This document shows positions 19,697 to 28,606 of a stretch of 64,000 nt of DNA, one piece after another. The stretch is from Chloroflexota bacterium. GTDB taxonomy: Bacteria > Chloroflexota > Dehalococcoidia > Lucifugimonadales > JADFKI01. Both the position numbers and the translations under genes were made by a program. The DNA lies in contig JAQBUT010000004.1 in NCBI GenBank assembly GCA_027623195.1, positions 1 through 64,000 of the forward strand, written 5' to 3'. The notes under the pieces were generated by a model, which ran no database searches, was not told the DNA's origin, and saw only the letters and a list, made by a program, of their open reading frames with translations. Positions within the stretch are counted from its first letter, which is position 1. Every line of letters begins with the position of its first letter.

Positions 19697-19900
19697 GCCA
19701 AGGTCCATTCCAAGTAAGGTATAAATAACCGGTAATCGATTTTGCAGACGGCCCCACTTATTTTGGGGCTGCCTTCCATCACCTGTCCAAATCCTCATGC
19801 TTCCCTCACTAACGCCCAACATCGCATTCATCCTGCCTGCATCCTATTGTGCGAAGTACCAAAAATACGCGCATCAAAAAATTACGACGAGGTGAGGGGA

Positions 19901-21562
19901 ATGCATTTTCTGAGAGATTTAGTCGGAGCTCGGCTACTACTACGCGGCGGGCTGCCGGTGCTTTTAGCCCTGATGCTCGCTTTTCCACTAGTGGGCAGCA
20001 ATATGCCCTCTGCATCTGCACAGGGGATAGATAAGGACCGCCTGGATACGACGCTCCTACAGGCCTATTTCCTGTCCGTAGACAATTTCGCCGGGCCTGT
20101 GATGATGGGAGGCGTCGGCATCCCTCTCGTGCCCAACATGATTCCACCTGAGATGTTTATGGGGATGATGGGACAAATGGGGCAGATGGCCAACTTCGAC
20201 CCAGCCAACATGCCGGCAAATCCCGGTTTGCTGAGCGCGGTCTACGCCTCCGCCGATCCGCGCCTGGTTCCCGACGCCACAGTGGACCCCATGGACTTCG
20301 GCACCATGCGCTGGGACCCGGAAGGCTTCGACACCACCATAGCAACCCGCGACCAGGCCATGCTTATCATGAAATTTGCGGAGTGGGCCAAGTTCTTCCA
20401 TAAGGGCTTCAATGGCGAGTCCATCCTCTTTCCCTCGCCTGAGATGGAGGCATTCCTATCACTGGCCTTCACCGCAGACGGAATGATGATTCTCCAGTTC
20501 GTTGGGGCCAACCTGATGACCGAAAACGGCTACGTTACCTCCATAAACATGGATGGCGGCACAAGGCAGGTCGTGGACGATGGTGTGGACTCGTTCGACC
20601 AGGCCGTGATGCTGTGGGCGCTGTCGGACTTCATGTATACCATTAAAGATACTGAGGACTACCCGATGTTGGGCGCGTTCGCTCAGCAGATGGCGACCCC
20701 TGAGCAGATGGAGCAACTCATGGGCATGTGGGGCCAGACCTTTGAACTTGTGAAGGCCAACCCCGTGACGGAAGTCAAAGACAAGGGTCTGGCGATAGTG
20801 GCGCTGACCTGGTACGCCGCCGCGATGGGCGAGCAGGCCCCGATGGCTGACATCACCCAGGAGGTAGAAAACCTTGCTCTCGGCCTTGGCAATGTTGAGA
20901 CTACCGCTTTCGAGAAGGCTGCCTCGATAAGGGGTCTCATTGAGGCCTGGCGGCTGACCGGAAACATCAAGTACCTGAACACGGCGCTGGACCTGTGGGA
21001 CGAGCTTGAAGCCCTGTGGGACGAGGACGCCCAGACCTATGCAACGGAAGCAGGCGCAACGACGTACACGTACACCCCTTGGGACACAGGTCTCATTATA
21101 GGGGCGCTCTCCGAAATCATCGTCGCGTCGGACAATCCACTGGTCGGCCTGGTACGAGAGGACATCGGAGAGCAGGCTACGAACAGGTTCATGGACTTCT
21201 TCGACGGCACCATTATGGGGTCGGGTTTTGTGCATGCCCCAGTTCCCACACCGGGTCGAACCGGCCTTCTGGTGAGCAACATCAGCTACGACACCTCGTC
21301 GGGCAACTGGACGGTTAACGATTCGAGGTACTCGACGGCGGGCTCGCAGTACGCCGCCAACGAGATGATCTGGATGGAGGGAACGCTGCAAGGCCGTTTA
21401 ACGGGCTACCCTGAAATTACCGCCGCACCGCCGAGGACGCCAAGTGTTGGCGACGTGAGCATATCCAACTGGGGCCTCGCCGGTCTGGCGGGAATCGGCG
21501 CGCTGCTGCTGGGCGCGGGCTCGCTGCTTCTTGCGCGAAGACATACCATACTGCACAGCTAA
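19901..21562 (+). CDS. Secreted Met-rich protein with C-terminal PSVGD-TM-RR sorting-like signal
   Basis: GAGGGG RBS before ATG 19901; signal peptide ending ASA-Q; C-terminal TPSVGD, hydrophobic helix, RRH. Confidence 0.75.
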   Translation: MHFLRDLVGARLLLRGGLPVLLALMLAFPLVGSNMPSASAQGIDKDRLDTTLLQAYFLSVDNFAGPVMMGGVGIPLVPNMIPPEMFMGMMGQMGQMANFDPANMPANPGLLSAVYASADPRLVPDATVDPMDFGTMRWDPEGFDTTIATRDQAMLIMKFAEWAKFFHKGFNGESILFPSPEMEAFLSLAFTADGMMILQFVGANLMTENGYVTSINMDGGTRQVVDDGVDSFDQAVMLWALSDFMYTIKDTEDYPMLGAFAQQMATPEQMEQLMGMWGQTFELVKANPVTEVKDKGLAIVALTWYAAAMGEQAPMADITQEVENLALGLGNVETTAFEKAASIRGLIEAWRLTGNIKYLNTALDLWDELEALWDEDAQTYATEAGATTYTYTPWDTGLIIGALSEIIVASDNPLVGLVREDIGEQATNRFMDFFDGTIMGSGFVHAPVPTPGRTGLLVSNISYDTSSGNWTVNDSRYSTAGSQYAANEMIWMEGTLQGRLTGYPEITAAPPRTPSVGDVSISNWGLAGLAGIGALLLGAGSLLLARRHTILHS

Positions 21563-21578
21563 ATCCACGGCCCGTAGT

Positions 21579-21611
21579 CCCGCTAATAATCGAAGAAGAT
21601 TATTAGCGGGG
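21579..21611. terminator. Terminator-like hairpin
   Basis: cccgctaataatc...gattattagcggg immediately after the stop. Confidence 0.65.
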
Positions 21612-21904
21612 CTTCCTCTACATCAGGCGCTCTCCGGAAACCAGCCTGACCTCTTGACCCCGCAACCGCGACGATTGGCAATTAGCCCCTTCCGGTATAC
21701 CATACCGACCGACGTTGAGATGAATCGAATCTGGTATGGCCAAGAAGATTGATACTCCTCACACCGAAAATCTCGGCCCGTCCGCTATCCTGCTCGGCGC
21801 AACAGCCAAAACAATACCCGGGGTCATTGCGCATTGAAGAATTTTTAGTCCCCACTAAATAGCAAATTCTCAAAGCAACCGCCTGGAATTAAAAGGAGTA
21901 GCCA

Positions 21905-22873
21905 ATGAGCTCAAAAAAGAAACATAAGGTAATCGCCCTGGAGGAACACTACTGGGACAGGGAGATTGCGGATACCTTCCCGCCTACCGAGCGGCACGGC
22001 CCTCGAATCCTGGACCGACTATTCGACTACAGCGAGTTGCGTCTGGCGGAGATGGACGAGGCCGGGGTAGACATGCAGGTGCTCTCTCAAGGTGCGCCGT
22101 CGGTGCAGCGTCTGGACTCTGAGACGGCGGTCCGCATCTCCAGGGGCGCCAACGACCGCCTGGCCGCAATGGTGGCCGCCCACCCGGACCGGTTCGCCGC
22201 CTTCGCTGCCTTGCCAACCGCAGACCCGGCGGCGGCCGCAAACGAGTTGGAACGCTGTGTGACACAGCTTGGCTTCAAGGGCGCAATGGTCCACGGTCTG
22301 ACCAACGGGCTTTTCCTGGACGACAAGCAGTTCTGGCCTATATTCGAGCGGGCTCAAGCGTTGGACGTTCCCCTGTACCTGCACCCGGCCACGCCAGATG
22401 AGGCGGTGGTCGAGCGGTACTACAGGGATTACGTGGAAGACTTCCCCAGCATCCTGGCAGCGTCTTGGGGCTTCACGGTGGAGACGGCGACGCAGGGCAT
22501 CCGCATGGTGCTGTCCGGCGTGTTCGACAAGTACCCTGGTCTGAAAATCATTCTGGGCCACATGGGCGAGGGTTTGCCTTTCCTCCTGTGGCGCATCGAC
22601 TATACGCTGAAGAGACAAGGCAACAAGATCATGCCGCGCACCTACCGGGAGTATTTTTCAGAGCATTTTTGGATCACTACTAGCGGCAACTTCTCCAACC
22701 CTGCACTATTGTGCTCGGTCATGGAGTTGGGCGTGGACCGCATCATGTTCTCCATCGACTACCCCTTCGTGGACAACAAACCGGGCACCGACTGGATACC
22801 GCACATCCCGCTCAGCGAGGAAGACAAGGCCAAAATCCTGCACGGCAACGCGGAGAGGCTGCTGAGGCTGTAG
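21905..22873 (+). CDS. Amidohydrolase-2 family (aromatic acid decarboxylase-like)
   Basis: IALEEH, YLHP, GHMGEGLPF, FSIDYPF. Confidence 0.9.
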   Translation: MSSKKKHKVIALEEHYWDREIADTFPPTERHGPRILDRLFDYSELRLAEMDEAGVDMQVLSQGAPSVQRLDSETAVRISRGANDRLAAMVAAHPDRFAAFAALPTADPAAAANELERCVTQLGFKGAMVHGLTNGLFLDDKQFWPIFERAQALDVPLYLHPATPDEAVVERYYRDYVEDFPSILAASWGFTVETATQGIRMVLSGVFDKYPGLKIILGHMGEGLPFLLWRIDYTLKRQGNKIMPRTYREYFSEHFWITTSGNFSNPALLCSVMELGVDRIMFSIDYPFVDNKPGTDWIPHIPLSEEDKAKILHGNAERLLRL

Positions 22874-22931
22874 GCTCAACCGAAACCTGGTGAGAAAGGG
22901 CAAGCAAAGTAGCCGCAAGGTTCCGGGGGGA

Positions 22932-23360
22932 CTAGAACACCTTGAATGTGCCCTTTTGCGCAAGATAGTAACCGTTACCCGTTGTGAAATACGCCAATTC
23001 GGCGAATTTGCCAATAATCTCCAAAAGTTGTTGTTCGTTACCCTCCTGCTCCACATAATCAGCCAATTCAAGAACGGCATCAGTTAAGGCAACGAAATAC
23101 GCATCGGTCAGTCTTACGATTGGCTCACCTTGTGTAATAGATTGCTGTCGCCCAGCTATCACATTGTGAGTCTGCTGTGTGGCAAACCATATCAACACAA
23201 GCTCCGTATCCCAATGCCAATTCAGTACCCTAGTGGCCTCTCCAAACAGCACCGAAAAATAGTAAAGCTTTTCGGCAGGAGAATCTGACTCAGTCATGCG
23301 AGTGGCAGCTATCCGAAATTCGCCTGCAAGTTTGTCGTGTAATTCTTTAGGCAGCTTCAT
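22932..23360 (-). CDS. Hypothetical helical protein, third gene of a TA-like operon
   Basis: ATG 23360 with AGGGG RBS, overlapping the antitoxin stop by 14 nt. Confidence 0.7.
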   Translation of the reverse strand: MKLPKELHDKLAGEFRIAATRMTESDSPAEKLYYFSVLFGEATRVLNWHWDTELVLIWFATQQTHNVIAGRQQSITQGEPIVRLTDAYFVALTDAVLELADYVEQEGNEQQLLEIIGKFAELAYFTTGNGYYLAQKGTFKVF

Positions 23361-23910
23361 AAACAAACCCCCTTTTCCGAGGTGCTCTAATTTGCTGAGG
23401 TGTTTCAACATCAGTAGTTGCGAAGTTACTGACGGCCAATGCATCCGCACTATATGCAGACAAATTCGAATCTCTTATTAGGTCATCATCTACTATGAAT
23501 GTGTCGCTTTCCCACCAGTTATCTGTTGTCTCGTGAACCCCGGCGAAGGTCATTTGCCGTTCTTCGTCATAGCTTGGTGGCGCAATTATTTCAGGCGTCA
23601 GATTGGCGGCATTTCTGATTAAATCTCTGAAAGAGACGAAATTCACCTGCAAAGCCACATCAAAAGCGGATGCAAGGATTTTAAGGGTTTTCAGGGTGTA
23701 ACTTCCATAATCAGGATTTTCCAATTGAGAAATTACTTCCTGCCTCTTGCCAGCACGCCTAGCAAATTCTTCCTGCGTCCAGCCGAATTTCTCCCTCATT
23801 GCTCGAATCTGATAAGCCAAACCAACACCAATATGTTCTTGTACAAAAGTATCTCTGTAATCTTTGTCCTGAAAACTCTCAAATAATTGTTTCTCTTTAA
23901 GAGTAGTCAT
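23347..23910 (-). CDS. XRE-family HTH antitoxin (HigA-like) with long acidic C-terminal extension
   Basis: QIRAMREKFGWTQEEFARRAGKRQEVISQLENPDY..YTLKTL..LA.AFDV. Confidence 0.85.
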   Translation of the reverse strand: MTTLKEKQLFESFQDKDYRDTFVQEHIGVGLAYQIRAMREKFGWTQEEFARRAGKRQEVISQLENPDYGSYTLKTLKILASAFDVALQVNFVSFRDLIRNAANLTPEIIAPPSYDEERQMTFAGVHETTDNWWESDTFIVDDDLIRDSNLSAYSADALAVSNFATTDVETPQQIRAPRKRGFVYEAA

Positions 23911-24313
23911 GTTCTCTCCTATATTTCACGGGTTCGGATTCAACTAATGCTCTAACCCCTTGCGCTCTTTCGCATGTATCACGGGGTTCAAAATTACCGC
24001 CGACTTCCTTAGCTCCAAATATGAGCGTTGCAGTCCCCTTATCAGGCCCATGGAACCCGATAAGTCTATATTGGATCCTGCTTATTTCATGTCTAATTTC
24101 AAACAAACCATGACATGAGCCATGCAAGCTGTCAACGGAAGGTCGTTTCCAATTAGTGGGATAATCGCCCTCCAAATGCAATAATGTGTTTGTAAACCGT
24201 GCCTTAACCCTAATACTATCCTTCCCGCCACCACCGACGTCCCTTAACCACTGGGAAATTTCATTCTCCCCGCTGCTATTAACGTAATCATAAAATGTAA
24301 CTTCTGAACCCAT
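23897..24313 (-). CDS. RelE/HigB (Gp49-like) toxin
   Basis: FYDY....G...I..WL, GLFEIR, QYRLIGF; lies upstream of and overlaps the HTH gene. Confidence 0.75.
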   Translation of the reverse strand: MGSEVTFYDYVNSSGENEISQWLRDVGGGGKDSIRVKARFTNTLLHLEGDYPTNWKRPSVDSLHGSCHGLFEIRHEISRIQYRLIGFHGPDKGTATLIFGAKEVGGNFEPRDTCERAQGVRALVESEPVKYRREHDYS

Positions 24314-24632
24314 ATTATCACAATTTTATTATACCATCAATTCAGACCGCGTTATAATAAATTTCTTATATCTCTAATTATTAGGCAGATTTGCACAAGA
24401 CTCCTAATTATCATAAGTCAATTGACCTATAATGCACTGCTTTAATAGTCGATAGCTTAGAACTGGGTATAATAAAACCTGACGAAAGGCGATTGTTGAG
24501 GCGTTAGGCGTCAGCCTTGGGGTGAGCTTTGACTTCGAAATTGCAGACTAAGCCGTTAAAAGCGCACGATAACTGCATCCCCCATCATTGTTGACACTTC
24601 GCCCTCTTTTTGCTAGTCTTGTTTAACTGTCG

Positions 24633-24641
24633 TGTTAAAAT
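24633..24641 (+). promoter_or_regulatory. Extended -10 promoter for the T-box leader
   Basis: TG-t-TAAAAT just upstream of stem I. Confidence 0.5.
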
Positions 24642-24647
24642 AATCAC

Positions 24648-24960
24648 AATGCTGTGAAGGGGAGTAGTACCGAAGGTACCGGCAAGAGAGAGTCGGCGAT
24701 GGTGGGAATCCGACGCCAGGGCCTTGGAGAACTCGCCCCAGAGCACCTGACCTGAAGGGTAGTAGGAGTAATCATGTCGCAGAACATATCCATGGCACAG
24801 TGGATAATTTGTTCTGCGCAATCTGTACTCCCCCCAAACTACATATAGGGTCGGGCGGTTGGCTCCGTTATAGCCTCTGAGAGGTTCGCCGGTGGCGAGC
24901 AAATTGGGTGGTACCACGAGACACAACGTCCCGTCCCTTTACTTGGACGGGATTTTTTTA
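24648..24960 (+). ncRNA. T-box riboswitch (Leu, CUC specifier) controlling the ilv-leu operon
   Basis: AGTA, AGAGA and GGTGGGAA boxes; GAA-CTC specifier; CCGTTA; AATTGGGTGGTACCACG T-box; terminator tcccgtcc/ggacggga plus T run. Confidence 0.93.
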
Positions 24961-25036
24961 TTGCATTTTTTTCGCTGACGGAACAGGTGTTCCGCAGTAT
25001 CAATCGAAGCCACGATTAAGTTGGAGGACTACTGAA

Positions 25037-26734
25037 ATGAAGATGAACGGCGGCCAGATGGTCTGCGCGAGCCTGATCCGTGAGGGCGTGGACGTTATAT
25101 TCGGCCTCCCCGGCGGCGCTATACTGCCGCTTTACCAGGCGCTGCCCGAGTTCCCGGAGCTTAAGCACATTCTGGTGCGCCACGAACAGGGCGCAGCACA
25201 CGCCGCCGACGGCTACGCCAGGGTGAAGGGCCGTCCTGGGGTTGCGTGGGCCACGTCCGGCCCCGGCGCGACCAACCTTGTTACAGGCATTGCCACGGCG
25301 CATATGGACTCTGTACCAATCGTCGTAATTACCGGTCAGGTAGGTCGCGCCGCCATCGGCACCGACGCCTTCCAGGAGTGCGACATCACCGGCATCACCC
25401 TACCCATCACCAAGCACAACTACCTGGTGATGACGGCAGAGGAGATTCCTCGGGTTATAAAGGAGGCGTTCCACATCGCCAGCACGGGCCGTCCTGGTCC
25501 GGTTCTGGTGGACATCCCCAAGGACGTATTCACCGAGGTCGGCGAGTTCGTTTATCCCGAGGAGATTGACCTGCCGGGCTACAAGCCCAACCTGGACCCT
25601 CACATGGGTCAGGTGAAGAGAGCCGCACAGCTAATAAGCGAAGCGGAGCGCCCGGTCATCCTGGCAGGCCACGGCATCATCCTGTCCAAGGCTTACGACG
25701 AGCTGCTGGAGCTTGCCGAAAAGGCACAGATTCCAGTTGTGACTACGCTGTTGGGCGTCAGCGGATTCCCGACCAGCCACGTGCTCTACTCGGGCTGGCC
25801 GGGGATGCACGGCATGGCGTACGCCAGCCTGACCATAGAAGAGTCAGACCTGATAATAGCCCTGGGCATGCGATTCGATGACCGTATTACCGGAAACACG
25901 GCCACGTTCGCCACAGGCTCAAAGAAGATTCATGTTGACGTGGACCCTTCGGAGATTGGCAAGAACGTTCAGGTGGACGTGCCGATTGTGGGTGACGTCA
26001 AACGGGTGTTAACTGCCCTGAACAAACAGGTAAAGCCGGCAACCCATGTCGATTGGGTGAACCACGTACATCAACTCAGGCGTGATCATCCGCTAATGGG
26101 CAGCGACAACGGCAAGATGGAGATGCGCTACATCATCAATGAGATAGCTGAGGCTACTAACGGCGACGCCATCATTGTGACGGGCGTAGGCCAGCACCAG
26201 ATGTGGGCGGCGCAGTACTACCCGTTCAACCAGCCCTGCTCTCTTATCTCGTCATGTGGCTCGGGGGCCATGGGTTACGAGGTGCCTGGGGCCATGGGTG
26301 CGCAGGTAGCCGCGCCGGATAGAGTGGTCTGGTCCATCGCGGGTGACGGCGGCTTCCAGATGACCATGGTGGAGCTGGCAACTTTAGTTGAAAACAATAT
26401 TCCTGTGAAATTTGCCATCATGAACAACAACTGCCTGGGCATGGTCCGGCAGTGGCAGGACTTCTTCTACGAGAAGAGCCACGTCGCAACCGTGTATAGC
26501 GGCAACCCCGACTTCGTGAAGCTGGCTGACGCCTACGGCATCCTGGGCATTCGGGTCACCGATAAGAATGACGTACGGGCGGCGGTAGATAAGGCCATGG
26601 AACATGACGGCCCGGTGATTATCGACTTCGTGGTGGAGCAGGACGACAACGTGTACCCCATGATTCCTGCGGGCATGGCCGTTGACCACCTTATAGAAGA
26701 GCCCCGACCCGCTCGACAGGAGGTACGGGGTTGA
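25037..26734 (+). CDS. ilvB: Acetolactate synthase large subunit
   Basis: GLPGGAILP, RHEQGA, TSGPGATN, GDGGFQM, GMVRQWQ; GGAGG RBS before ATG 25037. Confidence 0.96.
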   Translation: MKMNGGQMVCASLIREGVDVIFGLPGGAILPLYQALPEFPELKHILVRHEQGAAHAADGYARVKGRPGVAWATSGPGATNLVTGIATAHMDSVPIVVITGQVGRAAIGTDAFQECDITGITLPITKHNYLVMTAEEIPRVIKEAFHIASTGRPGPVLVDIPKDVFTEVGEFVYPEEIDLPGYKPNLDPHMGQVKRAAQLISEAERPVILAGHGIILSKAYDELLELAEKAQIPVVTTLLGVSGFPTSHVLYSGWPGMHGMAYASLTIEESDLIIALGMRFDDRITGNTATFATGSKKIHVDVDPSEIGKNVQVDVPIVGDVKRVLTALNKQVKPATHVDWVNHVHQLRRDHPLMGSDNGKMEMRYIINEIAEATNGDAIIVTGVGQHQMWAAQYYPFNQPCSLISSCGSGAMGYEVPGAMGAQVAAPDRVVWSIAGDGGFQMTMVELATLVENNIPVKFAIMNNNCLGMVRQWQDFFYEKSHVATVYSGNPDFVKLADAYGILGIRVTDKNDVRAAVDKAMEHDGPVIIDFVVEQDDNVYPMIPAGMAVDHLIEEPRPARQEVRG

Positions 26735-27303
26735 ACTATAACGGAACGTCCAACCGACACACCATCACAGCATTGGTGGAGGACAAGCCAGGCGTCTTGA
26801 ACAGGGTGACCAGCATGTTCAGGAGACGAGGCTTCAACATTGCCAGCCTGGCTGTAGGTCACAGCGAGATACCTAACCTGTCCCGCATGACCTTCGTGGT
26901 GGAGGGCGACGACCGGGTGGTGGACCAGGTGACCAAGCACCTGCACAAGCTGATCGATGTTATCAAAGTGTCCGACATTTCGGGCGACAACGCGGTGACT
27001 CGTGAGCTTGCCCTGATTCGCGTGAAGGCCAATGTGCAGTCGCGCAGCGAGATCATGCAGATAGTGGACCTGTTCCGAGCCAACATCATCGACGTATCGC
27101 CGGAGACGCTGATCGTAGAGGTGGTGGGCGACGAGGACAAGATCGACGCTTTGCAGAACCTGCTGAAGTCGTTTGGCATTCAGGAAGTGATGCGGACGGG
27201 CTCTGTAGCTATGAGCCGAGGCATGGATAGCGCCTTCGACACCAACGGAAGCAGGAATGCAAAGGCCGTCAAGCCTGTGATAATGGAGACAGGCAGCGTA
27301 TAA
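26731..27303 (+). CDS. ilvN: Acetolactate synthase small subunit
   Basis: LVEDKPGVLNRV..MF.RRGFNI.SL ACT domain. Confidence 0.96.
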   Translation: MNYNGTSNRHTITALVEDKPGVLNRVTSMFRRRGFNIASLAVGHSEIPNLSRMTFVVEGDDRVVDQVTKHLHKLIDVIKVSDISGDNAVTRELALIRVKANVQSRSEIMQIVDLFRANIIDVSPETLIVEVVGDEDKIDALQNLLKSFGIQEVMRTGSVAMSRGMDSAFDTNGSRNAKAVKPVIMETGSV

Positions 27304-27416
27304 GAAAACCTTTCGGTTGTCAGCAGTCAGCAATCAGTAGCATAATACCCAAAGCTGGCGGCTAATAGCTGAATGTTCGAACCTATTTTATAAAATAATC
27401 TGGAGAGTGAGCCACC

Positions 27417-28415
27417 ATGGCCAAGATGTATTACGAAGCCGACGCCGATATGTCCTTGATAAAGGACAAGGCAATAGGAATTATCGGCTACGGCAGCCAG
27501 GGGCACGCCCACGCCCTAAATCTTAAAGACAGCGGATTGAATGTCATGGTCGGCCTTTACGAGGGCAGCAAGAGCTGGCCCAAGGCCGAGGCGGACGGGT
27601 TGAAAGTCGGCACAGTGGCGCAGACGGCAGAGGCATCTGACATCATCATGATGCTGATTCCCGACCACCTGCAGGCAGAGATTTACAAAGAATCCATTGA
27701 GCCCCACCTGTTGCCGGGCAAAACATTGATGTTCGCCCACGGATTTTGCATTCACTACGAAACCATCAAACCACCCGAAGGCGTGGACGTCTCCATGATG
27801 GCGCCCAAGGCTCCAGGACACCGCGTACGAGAGGTCTTCATCAGGGGCTCGGGCGTGCCTGGGTTGATCGCCGTACACCAGGACGCGACCGGGAAAGCCC
27901 ACGACGTTGCTCTCGCCTACGGAAGAGGCATCGGCTGCACCAGGGCAGGCGTGCTGGACAGCACATTCAAGGAAGAGACTGAAACGGACCTCTTCGGGGA
28001 GCAGGCAGTGCTTTGCGGCGGCGTCACAGCGCTGGTCAAGGCGGCTTACGAGACACTGGTCGAGGCCGGATACGAGCCTGAGTCTGCTTACTTCGAATGC
28101 ATGCACGAGCTGAAACTGATCGTTGACCTGATGTACCAGGGCGGCATGGGTTACATGCGTTACTCCATCAGCGACACGGCGGAGTTCGGCGACTACACCA
28201 GCGGCCCGGTGGTCATAGACGCGTCCGTTAAGGAGCGAATGAAGGGTATCCTCGACCGGATCCAGGACGGCAGTTTCGCCCGCCAGTGGATCACTGAGAA
28301 CGACGAGGGCAGGCCTACGTTCTACCGCATGCGGGAGGAAAACGCGAACCATCCTATAGAAAAAGTCGGTAAGGAGCTTCGCGGCATGATGTCTTTCCTC
28401 AAGGATGATGATTAG
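27417..28415 (+). CDS. ilvC: Ketol-acid reductoisomerase
   Basis: [27 protein letters not shown]. Confidence 0.97.
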   Translation: MAKMYYEADADMSLIKDKAIGIIGYGSQGHAHALNLKDSGLNVMVGLYEGSKSWPKAEADGLKVGTVAQTAEASDIIMMLIPDHLQAEIYKESIEPHLLPGKTLMFAHGFCIHYETIKPPEGVDVSMMAPKAPGHRVREVFIRGSGVPGLIAVHQDATGKAHDVALAYGRGIGCTRAGVLDSTFKEETETDLFGEQAVLCGGVTALVKAAYETLVEAGYEPESAYFECMHELKLIVDLMYQGGMGYMRYSISDTAEFGDYTSGPVVIDASVKERMKGILDRIQDGSFARQWITENDEGRPTFYRMREENANHPIEKVGKELRGMMSFLKDDD

Positions 28416-28464
28416 TCACTAACAGCCCTTAACACCAGACACATTCGACAGGAGTCCGGAAATT

Positions 28465-28557
28465 ATGAATGGCATAGAGGTATACCACGTAGTTCGCCGC
28501 AATGGGCGGGTCCTAGCAGGGCTCGTTCTGGCGGACTACGTTGTCCTTTGGCAGTAG
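28465..28557 (+). CDS. Putative 30-aa Val/Leu-rich leader peptide upstream of leuA
   Basis: AGGAG RBS, then MNGIEVYHVVRRNGRVLAGLVLADYVVLWQ*; 12 of 30 residues are branched-chain. Confidence 0.45.
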   Translation: MNGIEVYHVVRRNGRVLAGLVLADYVVLWQ

Positions 28558-28606
28558 CTAGTAATCCATCAACTTATTACTGGAAACTCACTTTCAGGAG
28601 CATAAA

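Noticed and set aside
20459..21391. Long antisense ORFs (e.g. 310 aa here; 27516-28352; 61702-62418)
   Set aside because: Shadow ORFs opposite well-supported genes, expected from GC-rich codon bias.
24515..24585. tmRNA or tRNA fragment as the integration site of the TA insert
   Set aside because: Only a vague GGGGTGA..TTCGA resemblance; no T-arm/CCA end and no flanking repeat.
24908..25036. N-terminal extensions given by the ORF track (ilvB here; likewise aroE 39964, tgt 43572, the 19742 ORF and ftsK 37503)
   Set aside because: They overlap the T-box, neighbouring genes or promoter regions, and better RBS-supported or homology-consistent starts lie downstream.
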